A DNA stretch of 63,195 nucleotides, filler included, from Trichomonas gallinae (taxonomy: Eukaryota): the NCBI GenBank assembly GCA_008369845.1. It is 6 parts of 6 records of this genome, joined end to end, with 100 filler letters (N's around TTAATTAATTAA, not from the genome) between each part and the next. Parts side by side here need not be neighbours in the genome. Positions count along the whole stretch, not along the records: positions 1 to 11,350 come from MRSU01000584.1; positions 11,451 to 20,421 come from MRSU01000588.1; 4 more parts are not named here. The stretch is one strand, 5' to 3'. The position numbers and the translations under genes are program-made. Below are positions 11,271 through 20,521 of this stretch, piece by piece (within the stretch, counting starts at the first letter, position 1; the number at the start of each line of letters is the position of its first letter). The notes under the pieces were generated by a model, which saw nothing but the letters and a program-made list of their open reading frames with translations, was not told the origin of the DNA and did not search any database.

Positions 11271-11276
11271 AATTAA

Positions 11277-11350
11277 GGGTCCGCTCCGGCCAAATAGCGG
11301 TCTATCGTCGTGTTTTTATTTTTCATGATTTTAACCTATTTTGGTTCAAC
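11277..11350 (+). mobile_element. Putative TTAA-target DNA transposon tip (Kolobok-like)
   Basis: TTAA (11273-11276) then an abruptly GC-rich GGGTCCGCTCCGGCC; the contig ends 74 bp later. Confidence 0.45.
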
Positions 11351-11450
11351 NNNNNNNNNNNNNNNNNNNNNNNNNNNNNNNNNNNNNNNNNNNNTTAATT
11401 AATTAANNNNNNNNNNNNNNNNNNNNNNNNNNNNNNNNNNNNNNNNNNNN
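11351..11450. other. Artificial scaffold linker N44-TTAATTAATTAA-N44
   Basis: Identical 100-bp pattern at all five gaps; the core gives stop codons in all six frames. Confidence 0.98.
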
Positions 11451-11526
11451 CAACTATCTGTGCTGTGCAAAACTTTTGCACCATCAACATTCGTCCGTTA
11501 AAATAAGGTTATTAGTTTCCATACCT
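11451..11526 (-). mobile_element. Putative transposon tip (Kolobok-like, terminus AGGTATGGAAACT)
   Basis: AGTTTCCATACCT-TTA at 11514-11529 is identical to 51053-51068; the two termini lie 76 and 77 bp from contig starts. Confidence 0.6.
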
Positions 11527-12085
11527 TTATGATAATTGAATATCAAACATATGACTTCGAATTTAAAATTGCAATATCATCTTCAATTTTAGAAGTATGT
11601 GAGTAACTTAAGCTTATCATATGTACAACTGGTTGTTGTAAACATGATGGAATTAGTCTTATGTCTTGATATTCAAGTGAGAAGATTTTCCCTCGTGCAT
11701 CATTCGTCCGTTAAAGGTTCTAAGCATCAACATCTTTCAAGTGATTGAAATTTCAACCAAACTTTAAGAATCATGCCCCTATGACCATTTCTAGAAATGA
11801 ATTGTCATGCTTTACATATATATACATATTAGAAAATACTTGAATAGCAAACAATATTCAAATATTTGAAATTGAAACACAACAGAAATGAATCAATCGT
11901 ATTATAGTTATAGATATTGGAAGAGTCATAACTATATACATATATAATAGGTCTAAATTGAATATTCAAGAGATTGAGATAAATCTGACATGTAAACCTG
12001 TTGAAATTTGACTAAAAATTGACAAAAATTGAGTGCAGAAATAACAGGCTTTTTCAATTGAAATTTCTGAGATATTATCAAAAAA

Positions 12086-13078
12086 ATGAATTATTGGCCT
12101 GTTATACAGACAGGTATTGGCATTCTTCTGTTGATTGCCATTGGCTTCATCATCGTCAAGGTGAAGCTTATATCCTACCAGACAATTACGTCAACAAACA
12201 GGTTCTTGCTCACATTATGTTATCCTCCATTGATATTTAGGTCAGTTGCGAAGTCAAAATTCTCCCAACTCGACTTCTCTCCGATGCTCATTGGCGCCTT
12301 GATAGTCGTTTCGAACTACTTTATATGTTTAGTTGTTACATTTTTTACAAAGAAGAAGAAATTCTTTTATTTCCTCAGTACAGCATTGCCTGTATGCTAT
12401 ACAAACTACCTTATCATTGGCGTGCCATTCTTCCATGTTTTGTGGGGAACTGATGATGCAATGGTTACGATCATCAATTTGACCAATGATATCATATGCG
12501 TTCCAATCTACTTGATATTAGCAAACATTTTCCAGATCAAAGAACGAAACAAAATTCACAAAGAAAAGAATGATGGGTTATACGAAAAATTCGATTTTAT
12601 GTTGATTTTACGCATCATTAAGAACATCATATTGAATCCTATTATGTTTGGTAACATTATTTCGTTCATTTGGGCCGGAATTGGTTGGAAAATTCCAGTA
12701 TTCGTTCTTGGCGTCGCAAATCTAGCAGCAGATGGTGTTTTAGGACTTTGCCTGATATGTGTTGGTGGTTTCCTTTCGCAATTCGCACTTATTGCTTGTC
12801 CATGGGGACAATTTATTTTCTGTTGCCTTGGAAGACATGTTTTTATGTCCCTTATGGCTGCTATATTCTGCTATGCATTTAAAATAGAGCACTTGCTTGC
12901 AAGACAATGCACATTACTTGCTGCCCTTCCTTCAGCAACAGCGAGCTTCTTACTATCACATACGAATGGAACAGGTCCAGGAGCATCATCCACTATGATT
13001 TTCTTCTCTACACTTTTATGTGTTCCAGCAATGATCATGTGGCTATCGATTTTAGATGCTTTGCACATCTTCGAATAA
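12086..13078 (+). CDS. Auxin efflux carrier (AEC/Mem_trans) family transporter (330 aa)
   Basis: About 10 TM segments; LCYPPLIFRSVA, YTNYLIIGVP, NPIMFGNI and LAALPSATASF motifs. Confidence 0.85.
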   Translation: MNYWPVIQTGIGILLLIAIGFIIVKVKLISYQTITSTNRFLLTLCYPPLIFRSVAKSKFSQLDFSPMLIGALIVVSNYFICLVVTFFTKKKKFFYFLSTALPVCYTNYLIIGVPFFHVLWGTDDAMVTIINLTNDIICVPIYLILANIFQIKERNKIHKEKNDGLYEKFDFMLILRIIKNIILNPIMFGNIISFIWAGIGWKIPVFVLGVANLAADGVLGLCLICVGGFLSQFALIACPWGQFIFCCLGRHVFMSLMAAIFCYAFKIEHLLARQCTLLAALPSATASFLLSHTNGTGPGASSTMIFFSTLLCVPAMIMWLSILDALHIFE

Positions 13079-13399
13079 CTCTTTTTTACGTATTGTTTGT
13101 AATAATAAACTAATATACTTTACTTTCCAAATTGAATATTTTATAAAATTAGGAATTATATTAGAAAATCAGAGATTGATATCAAACCATTCTCCTCGTG
13201 ACTGTATTTAAAAAAAATACTTCAAATACATGTTTTGCCTTTTAATAAGGTTATATGTAAAATATTTTACATGTCAGAATTTGCAAAAAATGTCTTCATA
13301 AAAAATATCTATAATGTTTGAATGCATTCAGCTTTCTAATTCTGAACATTTAATGCCTTATGGATTTCGTTCGACTCGATTTGCTATAGTTAAACTGAG

Positions 13400-15037
13400 T
13401 TGTCATCCGTAAGATATTCAGATGATCAAAAAACATTATATCAAGTAAAATCTCTTTCGTCAAATGAATTTACCTTACCTAATACTGTTGAAATTATTGG
13501 ACATTCTGCATTATTCTTTGTTAATCACGATTTATTTACATTTTCGTTTGAAGAAAATTCAAAATTAAAGCAAATTCTCAGTAATGCATTTGCTTTTTGT
13601 AACAAATTAAGTAGTATTGATTTCACTAAATGCCCAAACTTAGAATTAATTGGAAATTGTGCATTTGAGGATTCAGGTTTAGAAATAGCAGATCTGAGAA
13701 ATTGCATTCATTTAAATAAAATTGGTAATACAGCATTCGGGAATTCAAAATTAACAGAAATATATTTGCCATCTTCTGTAACTGACATTGGAATTGCTTG
13801 CTTTAATGGATGCGAAAACCTTGTTACATTAGACATCCCACGAGATTCAAAACTTAAAAATTTTGGAATAAAAGCGATTGAAAATACAAGTCTTCAATTT
13901 AACTTCATCCCACGAGATTTGAATCTTAAAGCTTATTCTTATTTTGTGAATTATCAGACAGTGAATAATTTGAATTTAAATATTCATCCAGAATCGCAAT
14001 ATATATCGGAATCAAATATGATTTTTGACAAACAAAAAACAACTTTATTTTATTCATTTGGTTCCACAGATTTGAGCAATATTCCAAACAGTATCACAAC
14101 AATTAACAATGGTGCTTTCATCCATAATACATGTGAAATTATCCAAATTCCAAGACAAATCACGATTCTTAAAGATCAGGCATTTTCGAAAAGCCAAATT
14201 CGTCAAATCAATTTTATTGATAGTCAAATTAAAGAAATACCATCAAAATGCTTTGCATTAATGCCAAATTTACAAAATGTCAATTTGCCAGAATCTATTG
14301 AGTTTATTTATAATGCTGCTTTCAGCGATTCTCCACAATTAACTCAGCTAATAATTCCAAAAAATGTCAAACTATTTTCTGGAGTTGGTGATGTTAAATG
14401 TGATATTACAATCTTAAATAAAGATATTTTGATCTCCAATGCATTTTTCAATCTTAATCTTATATTATTCGATACTAGAATTGTATTAACTGATGATAAT
14501 ACATATGATAATGGATTAATAGTAAATTATGATGTAATTGTAAGTTATGCAGGAAACTTTTGGGATGAATTCACTATTCCTAATCATATTACAACAATTA
14601 AAGAAAATGCATTTAAGAATTTCAACGGCACATATATTAACTGTCCAAAAGATTCACAGTTAACAACAATTGGAAATGATGCTTTTTATAATTGCATCAA
14701 TTTATTAAATATACCAAATTCAACATCATTAACATGTATTGGTGAGAATGCTTTTCATTCATGCAAAAATCTCACCTGTGTAATAGTTCCGCATAAGTTA
14801 TCTTATATCGGCAAAAACGCATTCGCTGGTTGTCAAATCAATTGCTTTGAATATCGTGGTAAAAACTCGTCATTGTTTCAGCAAATACTAAACAGTGGAA
14901 TCAACGAATATGTGATAAACTCATGCCATTCTTGCGGCAAATATAAAACACATCAAGAGGAAATACCTCGCGAATTTGGAAATTACATTTTTTTTACAAT
15001 ATTTTCTGCAGCTATTTTTTTATATCATTCTTTTTGA
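13400..15037 (+). CDS. BspA-like LRR surface protein with a disrupted 5' end (possible young pseudogene)
   Basis: TpLRR units (LPSSVTDIGIACF, IPNSITTINNGAF); Cys-containing C-terminus and hydrophobic tail. The frame opens with TTG just after in-frame TAA (13391-13393); no ATG for ~200 codons. Confidence 0.8.
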   Translation: MSSVRYSDDQKTLYQVKSLSSNEFTLPNTVEIIGHSALFFVNHDLFTFSFEENSKLKQILSNAFAFCNKLSSIDFTKCPNLELIGNCAFEDSGLEIADLRNCIHLNKIGNTAFGNSKLTEIYLPSSVTDIGIACFNGCENLVTLDIPRDSKLKNFGIKAIENTSLQFNFIPRDLNLKAYSYFVNYQTVNNLNLNIHPESQYISESNMIFDKQKTTLFYSFGSTDLSNIPNSITTINNGAFIHNTCEIIQIPRQITILKDQAFSKSQIRQINFIDSQIKEIPSKCFALMPNLQNVNLPESIEFIYNAAFSDSPQLTQLIIPKNVKLFSGVGDVKCDITILNKDILISNAFFNLNLILFDTRIVLTDDNTYDNGLIVNYDVIVSYAGNFWDEFTIPNHITTIKENAFKNFNGTYINCPKDSQLTTIGNDAFYNCINLLNIPNSTSLTCIGENAFHSCKNLTCVIVPHKLSYIGKNAFAGCQINCFEYRGKNSSLFQQILNSGINEYVINSCHSCGKYKTHQEEIPREFGNYIFFTIFSAAIFLYHSF

Positions 15038-15697
15038 TATCAAACATGAAATTTTACTAATTTGGAATCAAACATAATTTCATAACTAAATAGTACTGTC
15101 GAACGAACCTTATCATTCTGAAATCGGCTGATGCAGAGCTCTGAATCGGTAATAAATTTTTAGCTGTGAACTTTTTTTAATATAGATTGTGTTATATCTA
15201 AGGCTGAATAACTAATACAGATCAGATGAGTTAAATATATATATATATTAAGTAACATATATTAATAATTAAGATACAGAAAAGAATATTTGTAAAAAAA
15301 ACAAAATCATTGCGAAAGTTTCGATGTTAATATATAAATGTAATAAGGAAAAAGTTAACATTTGTGCAGAGAGTTTATAAATAAAAAGAATGAAAAATAT
15401 GCATATGATATTTAAATTATTGAAAATATTAAATGATGAATCACGATTTGTTTCAAGAAAAAGCATCTTTGTAAATAGTCGAATACGACCTATTATTTTA
15501 ATTCAATTTAATTTTTTATTTCAAAAAATAATCCAAAAATAAAGGAAAAAAATATCATTTTTACAATGCCAAAAAATTTTGTTGGCAAATTGACAAAATC
15601 CGGAATTTGGGAATAGGAGTGAAATAACAGAACTGTAAGGCCTGCACCAGCTATAAAATTCATATTCTAATGATTTCAGTTCATTTTTATTATTGTA

Positions 15698-16984
15698 ATG
15701 AGTCATGAGGATAACTCAATGGCTTTTTTGCAGATAGAAGATCATATGGGAAAGGAAACACTTATGAACATCGATATATTGACGAAAACCGAAACATGGT
15801 GCTATTTCTCTTTGATTTCGTTCCTTTTCGTATTTGCATTTATCGCAGGATTGTTTTCTCCTCCGAAAGACAACACATACGAATTATCTAACGACTTTGT
15901 AGGCAATTCTACCAGATCAATTTACAGAATATCAAATATTTCGAGATGGAATCAATTTATTAGTACATATTTATCTTTTGACGCTTTTGAGGACGTAAAA
16001 GACAAATATATCACTACAGAATTCCGTGTTATAATAGCATTTTATCAGAACGGCGTAGAAATGATAGATGATCGATTTTCCAAAGATTATAAAAGAACTT
16101 TGGTTCTAAATCAGAAAAAAGCATCAACAGAGCCAATACAAATCTTTTTCGCTAATTTTCCAGTTTATGACTCAATCAAAATTGCAATTTACCTAGAAAA
16201 CAACAAAGAAATGTTTTACGGAACTTATTTCCAGTGGAAAGTTGGTAACCAAAGATATCATATCTTCCAGATCATCCTTAGAAGTTTATTTGCAGGAATT
16301 TGCATTTTTATTTCGATAATTTATTTAAATTTATTAAGAAAGGCATCATATTCTACCTGGCATTTAGAACAGAAGCTTACAACATTTTTGCTTATTTTGT
16401 GTTTCGCAGCTGATGATCCTTTGTTTATTTTACAAATTATTGATCCAACACAAATTGGTATAATTATATCAATGTTCACATCATCATTGTTCTTTGCATT
16501 TCTTAGGTACTTTATTTTAGTACTTTTTGGATCAATTGTTTATAGAAATCGAGGATTAGGAAAATGTTTTTATCTCAAGCGAATTCTGTTGATTATTCTA
16601 GATTTTTCACTAGATTTGTTCAATCTGATGATCAATTCAAATGAAATATCCCTGAAATTCCTTCATTTTGCAATCACATTAAATTTCAAACAATTGTTTT
16701 TCATTGTTAGAGCCATTATTTTCGGTCTAATATGCATATGGATTGGTGTTAGCATATTTAAAGCTAGTGTTTCCTGTGATTCAACTGAAGAATACAAATT
16801 TAATTCATATATTGCTGTTTCTGTTGTGTATTTGTTTGTTCATCTTATTGCTTTGCTTGGTCAATACCTTCCTTATATTAGAGATTCATCAGTTTTATTT
16901 GTTTTGGAATTTACTTGTCAAAACTTCTTCGTTTACATTATGGCAATGTTCCATTGGCCATATGAGTACAGTTCTAGTTCGTAA
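15698..16984 (+). CDS. TMEM181/Wntless-like multi-pass membrane protein (428 aa)
   Basis: TM1, a lumenal domain, then ~7 TMs; WHLEQKLTTFLLILCFAADDPLF resembles the TMEM181 W-x-x-EQK...NDP motif. Confidence 0.7.
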   Translation: MSHEDNSMAFLQIEDHMGKETLMNIDILTKTETWCYFSLISFLFVFAFIAGLFSPPKDNTYELSNDFVGNSTRSIYRISNISRWNQFISTYLSFDAFEDVKDKYITTEFRVIIAFYQNGVEMIDDRFSKDYKRTLVLNQKKASTEPIQIFFANFPVYDSIKIAIYLENNKEMFYGTYFQWKVGNQRYHIFQIILRSLFAGICIFISIIYLNLLRKASYSTWHLEQKLTTFLLILCFAADDPLFILQIIDPTQIGIIISMFTSSLFFAFLRYFILVLFGSIVYRNRGLGKCFYLKRILLIILDFSLDLFNLMINSNEISLKFLHFAITLNFKQLFFIVRAIIFGLICIWIGVSIFKASVSCDSTEEYKFNSYIAVSVVYLFVHLIALLGQYLPYIRDSSVLFVLEFTCQNFFVYIMAMFHWPYEYSSSS

Positions 16985-17170
16985 TTTTTATCTTTCTTGT
17001 TTTGTATATATTGAAATTTTTAATAAAGGTTTTTAAAGGAAAAATTTTATTATTTTACTTATTTAATACTCTTATGGTATTAATTTAAATGATTTTTAGC
17101 TAATATGATTTGAATTTAAATTTTAGATAGAAAAACTAATAACAATAACATCAATTTTCTAATTCATACT

Positions 17171-18433
17171 CTAATCTCCTGGGTTAAGGGCATCGAGGAC
17201 AGCTTGATATGTTGCAATTCCGCAAGAAACAAGTCCGAATATTGCAACAAACGCCATAAGGCAGCACCAAAGTGTCTTTTTGTTCTCATATGAGAAGAAT
17301 TCAAGTACAGGAGGGATGAAAAAGTTAGCCATGCAGCCTCCAAAGGCACCACCAACTTCAAAGATCGGTCTGATCTCTGGAAGAAGCATACTAACGAGAA
17401 CAGGAGGTATATTTGTAATCAACAATACAATCATACGCTTCAAACCTGGTAAAGTTCCAGGTGTATCAATATGATATATCAAAGATGAAACATCTTGAAC
17501 TACATTGACGGAAATAGCAGCATATGAGGCATTAACAACAAGGAAGAAGCCGATTTTAACGATTTGCATGATAAAATCATTATGATCAAATGAAAGAATC
17601 GAAATTTGCTGAGTTTTAACTCCAAATATGAGATACACAATTGCACCTGGTATAGCTACAATAATATAACTGACGAAAACTGCTAAACCAATTAAATGAT
17701 ATCTCTTCTTCATTATTGGAGAATAAGGCCTGATAATCGGTAAAATGACTGCTGGTAGTGAGAATAGTAGTGAATATATGGCGAATGCGTTAAATAAACC
17801 AAGATCAATTTTGTATGTTTCGACTGTTGGATCTATACCTTGTGGTAAGTATCTAAATGATTCGTACACGACGCTAGCGAAGTATGCTAGCTGTACAGCC
17901 AGCGCTAAGCCGGAGATGAGTCCTAGAATGTTCATTTTTCGCGGTAATGTTGTTGGAATGGGAACGAGCAAAGAATAGACTAAAACAACAAGCTTTCGCT
18001 TATATCCTGTATCCAATCCTTTGATTCCTGTGAGTGAGAGCCATTGAATCACAGTTTCGGATCCAATGAAAATATATGAAGTTAAACAACAATAAGTAAA
18101 GCATAAACCTAATATCGAACAGGTATTTCCGAACCATCTACCAATAATCTTCGTAGCTAATTCATTTACACTCTCCGCTTGGACTCTTTCGGAAAGATTT
18201 AATATAACAATTGTGCAAAAATAAGATAAGGTGGTCGTAAAAAACATCAGGAACATGCTTACAGTGAAGCCCGTGAAGCACATTGAGTTTGCAATACTTA
18301 AAACTTCAGCGCCAGTAATTACGCTTAATGTTGTGAAAAATGTCGGAAGAAATGGCTGTGAGTGTTCCGGTTGGGTCATTTCTTGGAATGGGTCGAGAAG
18401 ACTCATCTCGGAAACAGACCTTTCGCTCGTCAT
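17171..18433 (-). CDS. Amino acid transporter, AAAP/Aa_trans (SLC38-like) family (420 aa)
   Basis: About 11 TMs; ITGAEVLSIANSM, YLIFG and GGAFGGCMANFFIPP motifs. Confidence 0.88.
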   Translation of the reverse strand: MTSERSVSEMSLLDPFQEMTQPEHSQPFLPTFFTTLSVITGAEVLSIANSMCFTGFTVSMFLMFFTTTLSYFCTIVILNLSERVQAESVNELATKIIGRWFGNTCSILGLCFTYCCLTSYIFIGSETVIQWLSLTGIKGLDTGYKRKLVVLVYSLLVPIPTTLPRKMNILGLISGLALAVQLAYFASVVYESFRYLPQGIDPTVETYKIDLGLFNAFAIYSLLFSLPAVILPIIRPYSPIMKKRYHLIGLAVFVSYIIVAIPGAIVYLIFGVKTQQISILSFDHNDFIMQIVKIGFFLVVNASYAAISVNVVQDVSSLIYHIDTPGTLPGLKRMIVLLITNIPPVLVSMLLPEIRPIFEVGGAFGGCMANFFIPPVLEFFSYENKKTLWCCLMAFVAIFGLVSCGIATYQAVLDALNPGD

Positions 18434-19829
18434 GTCGCCTAATAACTGATAATTTGTTATGGCTTCTTTGAAAGGAGATTTATTTTTTTTATCGTCAAAA
18501 TGGAGATTTTATCACATATCTTTGTATTATACCAGATTTTTAATTTTTTTAATTTTTTAGAATTTTTTTTACATTGTTTAAAAATCATTTTTTTATAACC
18601 TATTAAAGCAATGCTACAATTCTGATTTAAAAAAATCAATATTTTAATCAACAGTATTTTTTCTCTAAATAATTTAACTTATTCCAACGAGATTCAATAA
18701 TTTTTACATAATATTAAGATAGCGTTATAATAATACTATTATTGTGATTGGGTTGCTTGGCAGATGTGCTTTCCAATGGGCTAAATTTGATTCATTTTCT
18801 TTTCCGTGGATTTGGAAAAGTTTCCAGGTATTTCATCATTTTTTTTTTGGGCTAAATATATGATATTGAACATCTTATTCTAAATAAATATGATAAATAA
18901 CTTGTGTAATAGTATTATATCTTTTATAATTTCATCTATATCGGTTATTTGATGAACAATTTTTGATGTTTTCATGACGACATTTTGCCCCCTCAATAAA
19001 AAGGGTCTGCTTCCAAAGAAAAGATTCATTTTTCGTTTTCTCCCAAATTTAGAATGTATTGTCGCTTACAAATACCAAATTTTAAAATAAAATCCACTCT
19101 TATTTTCGTATTGTAAATCTTTGAAAATTTCACGTAGTGTGAGTTATCATCGGACAAATAATATAATAGTGAGTATAATATATGACAGAAAATCATGCTT
19201 ATAGCTATGTTATTTAATGTTTTATTTTCATTAGCGGAAAACATAATAGAAATCAAGTATTTATGCTTTAGCAGGGTTTTACAGTCTGTATATACAATTG
19301 ATATGTAGGCTACTCTGTGATTTAACTATTCTCTATTACCTCTTGGATAAAATTATGACATGTAAAATATAAAATAAACGAGTAATTTATTTATATGACA
19401 AAATTCATTTATGTCAGATTCAAAATGAAATGTATACATTTATTTATATCGATTTTTTTTTCGTTCGAAAAATAATATTTGAATGTAAACAATGACATTA
19501 TATATTTACTTTTTTGAATTATTATTAATATTGTATACATGATTTAGTTTGATAGTCTTGAAAAAAACTATAAAAGTAAATTTTCGTTAAATATTACGTA
19601 AATATATAGTTAAGCGTTTCCTACCAAGAATCGTTGCATTCAATTTATTTAAATAAATTCAGAGTCGTCTCAATATTTGATAACTGTTAAGAAATGGTCT
19701 TTGTCGTATTTCAAAGAAAAATGGATTAACTCATATATTATATAAAAATATTATTGAAAAGATATTGTTTAACTTCTCTAAATTTAAAGGGCCGTTGCAA
19801 ATACTTTTCATATTTGTTGATTTCATTTT

Positions 19830-20318
19830 ATGCTTGCAACAGATTTCCCAGTTGAAGAGGTTATCGAGCTGGTGCTCAATAAGAAGAAAAGAAAACATTT
19901 TACAACTCGTCGTCATTACACCAATATGAAATCAAAATCCAAAAAACCATTGTCAAAATCGGAAAAAATAATAGTAGGTGTTATAATAGGCTTAGCTCTA
20001 CTCGGGTCTATTATTGGATGGTGTTTAAAACATTTCGGCTTCTGCTGTTGTTCTTCCAAAAAAGATAATGATGAAGAAGAGGTTGAAGAGAATCCTGGCG
20101 ATCCAACACCAAGCTCCCCACAGCCAACAGCCTACGACCAGCAACAAACTAACCAACAGCCAGCAACTTACGATCAGCAACCAGCCTACCAACAACAACC
20201 AAACTATCAACAACAACCACCAGTCTACCAACAGCAACCAACCTACCCACAGCCAGCTTACCCACAGCCACCAGCCTACCAATACCAATATGGTCCAGGA
20301 AGTCCTGCTAACATCTAA
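19830..20318 (+). CDS. Single-pass membrane protein with juxtamembrane Cys cluster and Gln/Pro/Tyr-rich tail (162 aa)
   Basis: Inr-like TCATT before the ATG; TM IIVGVIIGLALLGSIIGWCL; FCCC; QQPxY repeats; stop within TAAA. Confidence 0.8.
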   Translation: MLATDFPVEEVIELVLNKKKRKHFTTRRHYTNMKSKSKKPLSKSEKIIVGVIIGLALLGSIIGWCLKHFGFCCCSSKKDNDEEEVEENPGDPTPSSPQPTAYDQQQTNQQPATYDQQPAYQQQPNYQQQPPVYQQQPTYPQPAYPQPPAYQYQYGPGSPANI

Positions 20319-20345
20319 ACTTAAGACATTGTTTATTTTGATTAA

Positions 20346-20421
20346 GGATGCCCTAACCCCCCCTCATTTTTTGTTGCCCTCATAACTCTGAATTGGCTAT
20401 ACTTACATGCTTTAAACTTAC
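20346..20421 (+). mobile_element. Putative TTAA-target DNA transposon tip (Kolobok-like)
   Basis: TTAA (20342-20345) then GGATGCCCTAACCCCCCCTC; the contig ends 76 bp later. Confidence 0.45.
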
Positions 20422-20521
20422 NNNNNNNNNNNNNNNNNNNNNNNNNNNNNNNNNNNNNNNNNNNNTTAATTAATTAANNNNNNNNNNNNNNNNNNNNNNN
20501 NNNNNNNNNNNNNNNNNNNNN
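20422..20521. other. Artificial scaffold linker
   Basis: N44-TTAATTAATTAA-N44. Confidence 0.98.

Noticed and set aside
11395..11406. Palindromic TTAATTAATTAA repeated five times in the window
   Set aside because: Always centred in exactly 100-bp N-padded gaps; a synthetic six-frame-stop linker, not biology.
11488..11715. 15-bp direct repeat CATTCGTCCGTTAAA at ~11488 and 11701
   Set aside because: Only two short copies with no structure between them; cannot be interpreted.
20351..20359. CCCTAACCC telomere-like sequence near a contig end
   Set aside because: Only 1.5 units; better explained as part of a repeat tip.
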